Assembly: GCA_043228905.1 (NCBI GenBank)
Contig: JBHGNT010000155.1
Location: 1 to 64,000 of the forward strand
Length of the DNA: 64,000 nt
Direction of reading: 5' to 3'
Source of the DNA: Azolla caroliniana
Taxonomy: Eukaryota > Plantae > Polypodiophyta
Shown: positions 24,393 through 36,476 of the stretch, one piece after another
Position numbering within the stretch: position 1 is the first letter of the stretch
Layout of the letters: each line of letters starts with the position of its first letter
Notes under the pieces: model-generated
What the model saw: the letters and a program-made list of their open reading frames with translations, nothing else
Database searches by the model: none
Told to the model about the DNA's origin: nothing
Translations under genes and position numbers: made by a program

Positions 24393-24562
24393 AGTGCTCA
24401 CCGGATGAAGAGACATATTCGTAAATATGTTTATGAGAGTCCATAGAGGCTATATTTGTAAATAGCCGAAAAGTCATATTAGTATAAATATGACTTAGGG
24501 CAAACTTTTAGTGTGGGTTGTTATTCTTGTTGGTGCAAGAAGAGAGAGAGTGTGTAACTGTG

Positions 24563-24611
<49 letters not shown>

Positions 24612-24911
24612 GTCGTTGCCTCTGTTGAAACCGCCGCCTGTGGCGAAGATCGTGAGCACGAGGTCGTTGCCTCCGTGAACTCACTGTTGTACATTCTAAC
24701 ATAGTGATAGTTTGCAGCCTGTGGGCTGCCGTGGTTTTTTTCCCTAGTTTGGGGTTTTCCATGTAAACATCATGTGTACTCTTCTCTTCTTTGTGTCGTG
24801 CATTTATTTCCCGTTTTCTGTGTATGATTCTAAGCTCGGTTGTGGCCGAGCTTTGCGTATAGGGAGCGTGCAGTTCCTGTCAAGTGGTATCAGAGCGAAA
24901 CGATACAGAAA

Positions 24912-27900
24912 ATGGACGAATCGTTGGGCGGCATGTTCAAGCTCACTGGCTCTAACTATTCAGTGTGGAAGTCGAAGATGAGGGATATGCTCATGGTTAA
25001 AGATCTTTGGTTGCCGGTTCAGTTTGGGGACAAGAGACTGGACAAAATCGATGCTACCGTATGGGAGGTGATGCACATGAAGACAACGACGTACATACGG
25101 TGCTTCATCGACATGAGCCTATACAACAACTTCAATGAAGAGAGCAAGGCTCATGAGCTCTAGGAGAAGATCGGCATTATGTTTCAGAACAAAAATGTTG
25201 TTAATCAGGTTTCGGTATTCCGGAAGCTAGTAAGACTCCGGTACCAAGATGGCTCCAGCATGGCGGAGCACATGAATGCCTTCTAGGGGCTGATCCACCA
25301 GGCAACTTCATTGGAAGTACCTCTCGCCGATGAGGTACTAGCGCTACTCTTGCTCGGTTCCCTCCCGGATAGATGGGAGACGTTGGTTGTCACTTTGGGC
25401 AACGCCGGGCCGGAAGGAAAGCGGTTATCCCTAGCAAGAGTAAAGTCGAGCTTGCTAGATGAGGAGGCGCATCAAAAAGATAAAGATACGAGCTCCGACT
25501 CCAAAGCGCTCCTTACCGAATCGGAATGCGGAAGACATAGAAACTGTAGTCCCCAGAACCGGGAGAAGTCGGGGACACGGTCAAAGTCAAGGGGGAGGCC
25601 TACTTGCTTCTATTGCGGCAAGCCGGGACACTTCCAAAAGAACTGTCGGCAATTCCGAAAAGACAAGGAAACCGACGGTACCGATTCGAAGCGGACCCCA
25701 GACCGGAACGGTAAAGACCGGAGGGGGCCGGACCGGAAGGGAACGACGGCAATCGCGGCAAGTGAAGAAGAGTTGATGCTCATCACCGAGGAGAGTGAGA
25801 TAAACCTTGCCGGCGACGAGAGGACCTGGGTGGTAGACTCCGGAGCGTCGTTCCAGCTTACCCCAGACCGGAAATGCTTCTCATTCTACTTAGCCGGTGA
25901 TCACGGCTGTGTCCGGATGGGGAATGAAGGTACATGCTGAATTGTCGGCATAGGAGATGTGTGGCTGACAACACCAACTGGATGCAAGTTGCTGTTGAAG
26001 GATGTCCGACACGTTCCAGAGGTTCTTCTGAACCTGATATCAGCCGGTCGGCTAGATGATGAAGGCTACACGTGTAGCATCCGGAACGGTGTCATGAAGT
26101 TTAGCAAAGGGAGCCTGATTGTGGCTCGGGCCCGGAAGGTCAACACACTGTACCTGATGAATGCCCGGTTATGTCCGGAAGAAGTGAACGTGGCATCCGA
26201 CACTACCGGTGAGCTATGGCACAAGAGGCTGTGTTATATGAGCGAGAAGGGGATGAAGAGGCTTGCAGACGACAACCTCATTCCAGTGAAGAACATGCAC
26301 TTGGAGAAGTGCACTGATTGTCTGGCCGGTAAGCAAAACCGGACCTCCTTCCGACCAAGGCCACCGATGAGACGTAATGCACCACTGGAGTTGGTGCATA
26401 CGGATGTGTGTCAAGTAGACACGAAGTCACATGCTAGAGCGTAGTACTTCGTGACGTTCATAGATGACCACAGTCGGAAGTTGTGGGCCACACCATTGAA
26501 GACGAAGGATCAGGTGCTATCCGTCTTCAAAGAGCTCCACGTGAGAGTGGAAAGAGAAACCAGCCGGAAGCTGAAGGCGGTTCGAGCAGATAACGGAGGA
26601 GAATACCGGGGGCAGTTCGAGGAGTACTGCCGCTTGAAGGGAATCTGACTCGAATTTACTGTGCCGAAAACGCCGGAACTAAACGGACTGGTTGAGAGGA
26701 TGAACCGGACCATAATGGAGAGGGTTCGGAGTATGCTAGCGCATGCAAAACTACCCAAGAAGTTTTGGGCTGAGGCATTGTCGATGGCGACATATGTGAT
26801 AAATTGATCACCCTCAGTACCCTTGGACGGAGACACGCCACAGAGAGTATGGACCGGTAAGGAAGTATCCTACCGGCATCTGAAGGTGTTCGGGTGTCTC
26901 GCGTATGTGCATGTAGCTAAGGACCGGAGAGGAAAGTTAGATCCAAAGACCCGACCATGCATATTCCTCGGTTACGGTGACAATGAGTTCGGCTACCGAG
27001 TGTGGGACCTGGTCGACAAGAAGGTATTCCGGAGTCGAGATATTATCTTCATGGAGGACAAGACGCTCGCCGACTGGGAGTCGGAGAAGAAGATAATGAA
27101 CTTTGAGTCGACCGGTAAGGATCGACTCTATGATGAGCAGATCCAACCGGCAAGAGACCGGTTAGCACTCGAGGGACCAACCGGTTACGGTGAGGATACC
27201 GAACAGGCTGAAGAAGAAGTAGAGGAAGCTGAAACCGGAACCGGCCAAGACCCCGAATCAGATTCGGATGAAGAGCAAATGGAGGAGCCGGTTACCGAAG
27301 CCCAAAGACGGAGATATCCTCTCAGAGAGAGAAGACCCCCCTGGAGATTTCCGGATGCAGAGCATGTGTTGTTAACCGATGAGTGGGAGCCAGAAAGCTT
27401 CGAAGAAGCGAAGGATGTCACCCACAGCCGCAAATGGTTAAGTGCCATGCAGGATGAGATGGATTCCCTGCATGAGAACCATACGTACGAATTGGTGGAG
27501 TTGCCGAAAGGAAAGCGGGCACTCCGAAACAAGTGGGTGTACAAGTTGAAACTGGGAGATCCCGGCAACCCCCCGAGATACAAAGCCAAAATCGTGGTGA
27601 AGGGGTCCCAGCAGAAAAAGGGCGTGGACTTTGACGAGATATTTGCCCCGGTAGTAAAGATGACCTCCATCCGGACGGTGCTGAGTATAGCGGCAAGCAT
27701 GGACCTCGAGGTAGAACAGCTGGGCGTGAAGACGACATTCCTTCACGGCGACTTCGAAGAGGAGATCTACGTGCAACAACCGGAAGGATTCGTGGAGAAA
27801 GGGAAGGAGCACCTGGTATGTCGGCTGAAGAAGAGCCTCTACGGGTTGAAGCAGGCTCCCCGGAAATGGTACCGGAAGTTTGACTCCTTCATGACCGATC

Positions 27901-28955
27901 AAGGGTACCACAAGATGCAGGCCGATCACTGCGTGTTTGTGAAGAAGTTCGAAGGAGGCGACTTCCTGATACTCCTTCTATACGTGGACGACATGTTGAT
28001 CGTCGGACGGGACCAAGCCAAAATACAGATGTTGCAGAAGGCTCTCAACCGGACCTTCTCAATGAAAGACTTGGGTCCGGCAAGACAGATGTTGGGGATG
28101 CATATCATCCGGAACCGGCCAACGAAGCAACTATGGCTGTCACAGGAGAAATACGTGACAAAGGTGCTTCAACGGTTCAACATGTCAGATGTGAAACCGG
28201 TCGGATCGACACTTCCGGCAAATTGCAGGTTATCCGGTAAGCAAAGCCCGAAGACGAAAGCAGAGAAGGAGGATATGATGAAGATTCCATATGCCTCTGT
28301 TGTCGGGAGCTTAATGTACGCAATGGTTTGTACCCGACCGGATACAGGATACGCAGTTGGAGTGGTGAGCCGGTTTATGAGCAATCCCGACAAGGAGCAC
28401 TGGAACGCGGTCAAATGGATACTTCGGTATTTGAAGGGCACTTCAAATATGTGTCTCCGATTCGGCTCCGGAAAACCTCAACTTGACGGTTTCACCGATT
28501 CGGACATGTCGGCTGATGTGGATACCAGCTGGTCTACATCTGGGTATGTAATGACATATGCAGGGGGAGCTGTCTTGTGGCAGTCGAGGCTGCAGAAGAC
28601 AGTTGCATTGTCAACCACGGAGGCGGAGTACATGGCGGCTGTGGAAGCCGGCAAGGAAATATTATGGATGAAGGACTTCATCGGAGAGCTCGGTATCCGG
28701 CAAAATGAATACCGACTCTATTGCGACAGTAAAAGTGCCATCCATCTTGCTAAGAATGCGGCCTACCATTCCCGGACGAAGCATATCCAGCGAAGATATC
28801 ACTGGATCCGGGAAAGAGTAGATGACCAGGAGTTCGCACTAACGAAGATCCACACGGCCGAGAACGGGTCAGATATGCTGACCAAAGTGTTGATACCCGA
28901 CAAGCTGGATGCATATCGGAAGAGGATCAGACTAGTAAGACACCCCATGCCGTAG
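24912..28955 (+). pseudogene. Copia-3 gag-pol, several premature stops
   Basis: gag with CFYCGKPGHFQKNC, WVVDSGAS, INT RADNGGEY, RT YVDD and RNase H. Confidence 0.93.
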
Positions 28956-29034
28956 TGAAGGGGGAGTTTGTTGGGAGACAGGTCCCTCCGGATTGGAAGG
29001 GAGAAGAACAGTGTTGATGAACAAACTCGGTTAC

Positions 29035-29334
29035 GGAGAGCCGGAGGTTGCAGACCCGATGGAAACCGGATGAGAAGTACCCAGCTATGGAGAGCCGGAG
29101 GGTGTAGACCCGGTGAGACCTGGATGAGGAGTACCCGGCTACGGACAGCCGGATGGTGCAGACCCGGTGAGAACCGGATGAGGAGTACCCGCCTACGGAG
29201 AGCCGGATGGTGCAGACCCGGTGAGAACCGGATGAGGAGTACCTGGCTACGGAGAGCCGGATGGTGTAGACCCAGTGAGAACCGGATGAGGAGTACCCGG
29301 CTACGGAGAGCCGGATGGTGAAGACCCGGTGAGG
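29035..29334 (+). repeat. 54-bp tandem array in the 3' LTR U3 (~5.5 units)
   Basis: Same unit as in the 5' LTR, with one extra copy. Confidence 0.9.
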
Positions 29335-29805
29335 AGTGCTCACCGGATGAAGAGACATATTCGTAAATATGTTTCTGAGAGTCCATCGAGGCTATATTTG
29401 TAAATAGCCGAAAAGTCATATTAGTATAAATATGACTTAGGGCAAACTTTTAGTGTGGGTTGTTATTCTTGTTGGTGCAAGAAGAGAGAGAGTGTGTAAC
29501 TGTGTACAGAGAGAGAGAGAGAGAAAGAGGTCGTTGCCTCTGTTGAAACCGCCGCCTGTGGCGAAGATTGTGAGCACGAGGTCGTTGCCTCTGTGAACTC
29601 ACTGTTGTACATTCTAACATAGTGATAGTTTGTAGCCTGTGGGCTGCCGTGGTTTTTTTCCCTAGTTTGGGGTTTTCCATGTAAACATCATGTGTACTCT
29701 TCTCTTCTTTGTGTCGTGCATTTATTTCCCGTTTTCTGTGTATGATTCTAAGCTCGGTTGTGGCCGAGCATTGCGTATAGGGAGCGTGTAGTTCCTGTCA
29801 CCTAA

Positions 29806-31992
29806 TGAGTCCACACCCCCAGGTGCACTGCGGAAGGGGAGCTTCGGGCATCGGGGGCGAGAAGGATAGAGTAGGGGGGTTCATCGGGGGGTGGTTGGTG
29901 GCGAAGATGGTGGCGAAGACGTCGGATGTTGAGCGGCGGTAACCAGATTTCTTGCATTTGATCGGTCGTCGTGAAGAAGTCCTTCTTGGGGCCGGCTATC
30001 CATGTGGAGGTGTTGTAGCCGGCGAAGGGAGAGGGGGGGATTTCTACCAAAACTTATGTAAGCAGGAAAAACACGTGTGTTGATCATGGTTTCAAAATCC
30101 CGTTTGTAGATGGCAGGGAGCATGTTGACGCAGGTCCAGAGGCCGACCAGTTGACGATGTGTGGGGCCTTTATTCAAATCAAAGGCAAGACCCCACGCCA
30201 GGTGGTTGTGTTGCTTGAATGTGCAGGTTTCATAAGGGCCAGAGTCGAGGAGTATGGGTAACCGTTGCAAAAAACGAAGACTGGCTTGAATGTCGGGGTC
30301 ATGGACGTCGAGATATGTACGGAGGAAACGTCGCATGACCTGGATCATTCCAACTTTCATTGGAGATGTGTGCGGGGGTTGTGGAAACATGGGCCAGTTG
30401 AACTGGAGGGTGGGTAGTTGTGTCTAGGCTGCTTGAAAGTCGTGCCATGGGCAACTACGAGGGAGGGGAGAAAAGGTGGGGTTGGCGCGCATCTCTGGAG
30501 AGTGTGGGGCACACCATTCCCGGAAGGACACATGCTCGAACTAGGGGAGGCGCCACGGGGGTTGGATGCCAGGTGGTTCGATTAGAGGGTCGACCACCGG
30601 GTGGCGCCATCCTCGAGTTGAGGTGGGGTTTGCGGCTGCCCAAGTAGACATCTTATCTCGGTAAATGTGTGGGTAAAGGAAGATGTCGACTTAGGGTTCG
30701 GAGGCGACTTCGGGGTAGTAGGTGTAGAGGCCGGTGAGGAGTAGGGGGGTCTCACAGAAATCAAATTCCCAGGGGACAAGGGCGATAGATTGGTTATCGA
30801 GGTGGGTGTCCCAACCTGTACCGTGTTCGATGTAATTGAGAGCTGCTTGGAGGCCGTGGATGAGTTGGTAACGATCGACCAAATCAGCGTAGAATGTCGC
30901 ATCATTGAATTAGGCGCTCGTGTCGTGTAGTAGCGAGGGTGTAGTGAAGATGGGAGAGGGGAGTTGGTGGTGGAGCATGAGGTGCGCAAGGGGGTGGTTG
31001 AAAGGGAGGGCTTTGCGGAGGATGACATCTGTGAATGCCCAACCTGGGTTTGTGATGACTCCTGTCTGGAGTGGGAAAGGATCGGTTGGTGGGGAGGTGG
31101 GAGGTGGGGAGGAACGGGGATGGGCAAGGGGGGTGGTGTGAAAGGGGTTGCAGCCAAACATGGGGTGTGTGTGATCAGGTACGTGGTGTTCGCTGAGGTG
31201 TGGGTGCGTGAGAGGGGAGTGGTGGTGGTGGGGGATGGCTTGGAGGTGGGTGTGGTGGCGGCGAGGATGAGGTAGGGTTAGGGCATGGGGGTGGTTGGTT
31301 GTCGGGATCATCGGGTGAGTCGAGGTCCCACTCCGGGTTGATCTCAAACGGGGGGTGAGTGAGGTGCGAGGGTAGGAGTGTGCGGGCACGAGCCTCATCA
31401 AAAGTCATAAGTTGATACTCATGAGAGACGTCAAGGTAGAGGGCTAACTCCTGCATGTCGTTAGCCTCGAGATCGGTGGGCCAGTTGAATGCTGCACATT
31501 CGATGCTGAATATGTGAGTACGAACCTCGATGTCCCAGGCGGTTTGCCAAGCGTGTATTAACCACAGGAAACCGAAAGGGGGTACGCAAGCAGTAGCGCT
31601 CTCCAACAGGGTGCAGGTAAGGGTGTCGGAGATTCGGTGTAAGCGCACCAGCTTGGTGAAGAGTTGGGCCAACTGGTCTTCGTTGACTTGCATCCTGACA
31701 TAGGAAGGGTAGGCGAAACATACCAGGTCGGTGATGTCTAAGTCCGGGGTGATGGTAGTATGGAGGTAGGCCATGCCTTCGAGAAAAAAAACAGGGAGGT
31801 GTTGGGGGAAGAGGTCACCTGTCGGTGGTGAGGGTTCATCAGTGGCTTCAGGGTACAACATAAAGAGGGCAAGGGCGTGGTTGTCTTCTGGAAGTACTCA
31901 GATGAACGTCTGCCGATCCGGGGGGGGGGGGGGGGGGGTGTGGTCTCGTCGAAGAACACGCGACATGTAAGCGGCCAACGACCGAAGTACAC
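29806..31992 (-). pseudogene. Decayed accessory ORF of element A, unknown function, Pro-rich linkers
   Basis: Consecutive protein-like minus-strand ORF pieces (31175-31861, 30691-30882, 29881-30390, 29802-30050) ending at the PPT. No recognised motif. Confidence 0.5.
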
Positions 31993-32109
31993 ACATGGCC
32001 TAGGCTAGAAGGTTATGCGGTGTACGTGGTGCAGTGAAGAGTTCAGAGAGCAGAGATGTCAAGGTCACATACACCAAGAGCGCCTGAATCATTTTCGGAG
32101 TGTCGAGCG

Positions 32110-33626
32110 TGTTGGGGACAAGGCTGTCAATGCGGAAGTGCAAGCAACATTCGTGATGAAGAAGAACCTGTGTATGCGCATAAGCAAGAGAGAGAGAGAG
32201 AGAGAGAAAGAGAGAGGCACAAACAAACGTTATATTCCAATAGCAACAGTTACAAAGAATGAAAACCAACAACAACAACCTTAACTAAAGGTTACAAAGT
32301 CACTTTATATAGTGACTATCTTAGGGCAATTGCCCTTTATGCTATTTACAGAAATAGCCCAAACTTGGCTTGTTCGAAGGGACAATATGAATATGGCCAT
32401 TATACACTCGTATTCGACACTCCCTCGTAATGGGCGTATACATAGGTTATCTAAAAAATTACAGGTATATACAAGGTTTATTAGACAAATCGGTTTTGTT
32501 AGAATCGGCAAGATCCAAAGACAAAAGACCGAACCGGTCGGGTCGGACGAGTTGAAGCCGATCCTCAAAGAACCGATATCGGTGGTCCGAAACCATCCTG
32601 TGCTATGTGTCCGACTTTAACCGAACCGATTTTTCATTATGCCCATCTGGTGCCGAAGGGACCGGAAACGATCCGCCGAAAGACACTTGGTCATTCCATC
32701 TACGACATTATCGGTTGTGGATATCTTCTCGAGACCAATTTTCCCTGAAATGACGCAGTCCCAAAGGAAGTGATATCGAACGTCGATATGCTTGGAGGCG
32801 TTGTGGTGAACCGGATTCTTTGACAAAGCAACAACACCCTAACTGTCGCTGTAGACAACTGGAGCTGAGTCGAGGTCGACCTGTCGAAATGTGTGCGCCA
32901 ACCGACTGAGCCATACAGCTTCTTTTGCCATGTCGGATGCAACTACATATTCCGCTTTGGTCGTTGAGGTGGCTCTGCACTCCTGAAGTTTCGACTTCCA
33001 CGAGATTGCTCCATTGGCGAATTTGAAACAATATCCGGTTGTTGATTTCTGACTGTCCACACAGCCGGCGAAGACCGAGTCGGTGTAACCAACTACGCCC
33101 GAGGTTGAGTTTGGGCCGAAAAGAATGCCGTGGTCTTTTCTGCCAGCTAGATATCTGAACACATCCTTGACTGCGTTCTAGTGCGATCGGCCTGGGTTGT
33201 GCATGAATCTGCTGACGACTCCTATGGCGTGAGAAATATCAGGCCGTGTCGCGACCATTGCGTACATAAGGGAGCCGACTGCCGGTGCATATGGTATTGA
33301 CTTCATATCTTCCCCCTCTAGACCGGATGTCGGGCAGTCTTGCTGAGATAGTCGAAGGTTAATGGGGAGCGGGGTCGAAGCAGACTTGGCCGAGTGCATG
33401 TTGAAGCGTTCCAAGACACGTCCGATGTAGTCGGTTTGAGACAAGAAAAGTTGTCGTTTATCGCGATGCCGACTAATCTTCATACCAAGTATGTGTCTTG
33501 CCGGACCGAGGTCCTTCATGGAAAACTTCAACCACAGTTTCCGAACGAGTTCGGTGAGCTCTCCGGCATGTCGGCCGGAGAGTAGCATGTCGTCCACATA
33601 GATGATGAGGACGACGGGAGACCCGT
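32110..33626 (-). mobile_element. Truncated Ty1/Copia (Copia-4, Copia-2 family): 3' LTR plus RT/RNase H end
   Basis: LTR 32110-32419 resembles 5877-6187. IIYVDDML...SKHIDVRYHF pieces 32617-33626, cut by a Gypsy LTR at 33627. Confidence 0.92.
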
Positions 33627-34269
33627 TGTCGTGAAGAAAACCGTCCACAAGCGGAATCGGTGCACCGGAGCGTAGGAACCGGCTCTTCATGCACATACGC
33701 CTTATGTTGTACATAAGAGAGGATTAGGTACATAGAAGATCCTAGGCAGGTAGATTCGGCAGGTAGGAAGTTAATGGGAAACGACTCCTTTCTTGCCTAT
33801 AAAAGGAGGGAGACAGGGAAGAGGAAGGGGATCGACGATAGAGAGGACGAAGTGTTGTCGGGTTGTGGGCCGAAGGCTTCTCTCTCTTCCATACTCCGTA
33901 GCTTCTTTCTGTGCAGGTTTTCGGGAGGCTCACGCTGCTCTGAGGAATGCCCGAGTGCTTCCGGCAGCACCTCCAACCTACTCCTTTCTTTCTGAGCGTT
34001 TACGAACAGGCATCAGCATCTGTTCGCCGGCCTGTTCCGTTGTAGCCGACTTCGTGCTTCTTGTTGTTTGTCTTTGTTAATATATATATACATACATTCG
34101 TGTCTCTCTGTGTCGGCGTCCCACTCGCGTCTTTGTGTCGAAGGGCCGTGTCCCTGTGAATCTACGATCGCACGTAGCGGGTCCCTTCTCCTTTCTCTCT
34201 TGCTTTTCGGTGCAAGACCCCCGAGGTCCCGCCTCATTCCACGCGTCCGCGAGGAATACCTCGACATCT

Positions 34270-34287
34270 TGGTGAACCCGACGTGAA
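34270..34287 (+). promoter_or_regulatory. Primer binding site complementary to tRNA-Trp 3' end
   Basis: TGGTGAACCCGACGTGAA, 3 nt after the LTR's CA. It is the reverse complement of ...TTCACGTCGGGTTCACCA (plant cytosolic tRNA-Trp end, from memory). Confidence 0.8.
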
Positions 34288-34309
34288 AGAGGCGGCAGAA
34301 GAGCAGAAG

Positions 34310-36420
34310 ATGAAGGGGTCGGATCTTGCGGAGGCCATGGCTTCGGCCGTGGATCGGATATTGAGCGCACGCGAGGGCACCGACGCCCTCGTCAGAGCCA
34401 TTGAGGTGGTCGTCGGTACGATCGGCCGGTTCAGCGGAAAGGATGCTACGAAGTATTTGGCGTCCTACGGGGCAGAAATGCTGATGCGGGACATTCCGGA
34501 AGAGAGGCGTCTTGCCGGTTTCTCTCGAGTGGCGATGCCGAGCATCCATGCGGAGGTGCTCGAGGTACGGGTAGAGAGCCGTACCTGGGAGGAGTTCGAA
34601 GGCCGACTCCTAGAAAAATACGGGCTAGACGACGCGCTCCGGCTTTTGAAACGGGACTTCATGGGATGGGTGGAGTCCCCCGGCAAGGGAAGAAACGCGT
34701 CGGCACTCCTCCGGGAGTTTGAGGAACGCTTTGCGCGCCTTTTGGCGCTTGACCGAACCGTTCTGGATACGAGCCGGGTCCTACTGTTTGTCAAGTCGGT
34801 GGACGAGCGGGACCGGGATCAAGTTGGCTCCTTGCTGGAAACCGAAGACGGACTGACGACCGACTGGGCTGCAGTTAAGAGAGTCTGTGGCCGTTTCGAC
34901 AAACGGCGAGAATGGGCTGACAACGGGGCGGCCGGTGCGGGCTCTGTCACAGCAACGAGGCTTGAACCGGCACCGCAAGGGCGAAGGGCAGAGACCCGGG
35001 AGTGGCTCGAAACCGGGTCGGCTCCGACCGGCATGGTCAATGACTCGTCCGGAGGAGCAGCGCTGGAGGAGTTGACGCGGGCGATAAAGGATCTCCAGAT
35101 CGCCCAGACTCGAAGGGAAGGCGGCGAACTGGCTCGTGACCAACGGCCGGTAGCAGGGAACAGGTGCATGTGGTGCGACGAGGTCGGCCACATTCGGAAG
35201 GACTACGCGATTTCGTAGAGGCGTTGAGGAACCGGATGGTGTACCTGTGGGAAGGCCGGGTGCAGGCCGGCGATACCAGAAGGGCCCTAAACCGAAACGA
35301 CGGGCGAGGAGGTATGAAGAGACTGATGGAAGAGGCAGCGGCCCGACACTACTCGGCGTCGACCGGTATTCGGGTCGGGAGTAGCGAGGCCCGAAAGGAG
35401 AGCAAAGCCGGATCCTGGTCAGCAATGCTGGAAGGCCTCGCCGGCGCACGACTGAGGAAAGATGAAGCGGACCGCGCCGAGAGACGGGTCCGGGAAATAA
35501 CCGGGTGGAGCGACCCGGTCGAGGAGAAGACGGGCTTCGTAGAAGCCGCCTGCCAGAACTACGAGGCCGTGGTAGAAGACAAACGAGTGGGGAAAGCCGG
35601 AGCGGCCGGGCCCTCACAACGATACGAGACCCGATTCGGGCAACGATGGAACGAAGCTGGTGGATCCAGCGCGCAAGATAACCCCAGGAAGGGCGGATAC
35701 CGACTGGGGACGGAAATAGAAAGGGCCATGGACCTGCGAAAGGTCCTAGAAGAACGGATCCTCGACAACAAAGTGGAGCTGTCATTGCGGGAGGTGCTAG
35801 GGATCGCCAAGAAGGAGTTCCACGACTCCATTGTGGACTTGGTAAAGCGGAAGAGGCTGTCGACGGAGACAGAACCAGAAAGACCGGTGGAGGTGCGGAC
35901 GACGCACATCGACGACATGGCGCTGGAAGATGAGTGGGCGGAGAGCCACTATTCGAGGCCACACTGGGCCCGAGCGACCACAGAGACCCCGGTGAAGATC
36001 GGAGATGTTCAGGAACCAGTGGTGGCACTGGTGGACCACGGTTCGGAAATAAACCTGATGTCCATGGACTTGTACAAGAAGGGAAAATGGCCGATCAACA
36101 CCAAGCACGGGTGGAAGATACGGGCGGTGACGCGCGCCACCGAGGAACTGCATGGGGCATGCCCGAACGTGCGAGTCAAGATCGGCGACGTCGAGATTGA
36201 CCAACACTTCTTCGTGCAGGAGACGTCCTCGCACCCGGTCATATTAGGGGAACCATACATCACGGCGGCGCGAATGGAGACCAAGGTGCTGAACAACGGT
36301 TCGGCCTACGCGAGGGTCAAAAGCCAGGACGGGCACCATTCGGTCCAATTTCTGACGGTGCGACCGAACCACGAGCGAAACCGCGAATCCCTCGGTGGCG
36401 AGAACCGAGAGGATTTTTAG
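34310..36420 (+). pseudogene. G1 gag-protease (frameshifted near 35210 relative to G2)
   Basis: ORFs 34283-35218 and 35164-36420 together equal the single 720-aa ORF of G2. Confidence 0.88.
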
Positions 36421-36476
36421 AGAGGGCTGCCAAGGCGTGGGGCCGAGACAGTCCGGACACTCGGGAAAGACCCCAC
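36411..36476 (+). other. Predicted -1 ribosomal frameshift signal (GGAUUUU plus pseudoknot)
   Basis: G GAT TTT before the TAG, 6-nt spacer, stems GGGCTG/CAGTCC and GTGGGG/CCCCAC. The -1 frame is open into pol. Confidence 0.75.

Larger units (their letters stand above)
24081..29800 (+). mobile_element. Ty1/Copia LTR retrotransposon (Copia-3; same family as Copia-1), full length with nonsense mutations
   Basis: LTRs 24081-24882 and 28969-29800. TSD CCTAA (24076-24080 / 29801-29805). PBS TGGTATCAGAGC at 24885-24896. PPT 28957-28968. Confidence 0.97.
23478..32109 (-). mobile_element. 3' portion of an LTR retrotransposon ('element A': 3' LTR, PPT, extra ORF), interrupted by Copia-3 and Copia-4
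   Basis: LTR-like segment ~23478-24065 (TG..CA) next to a minus-strand PPT TTAGGGTGGGGGGTA. After removing Copia-3, decayed minus-strand ORFs 29802-31992 run up to this PPT. No pol in the window, so the superfamily is unproven. Confidence 0.6.

Noticed and set aside
34781-36028. Long antisense ORFs over G1/G2 (e.g. 415 aa, 270 aa)
   Set aside because: Shadow ORFs of GC-rich coding sequence with no motifs, and not consistently conserved between the two copies.
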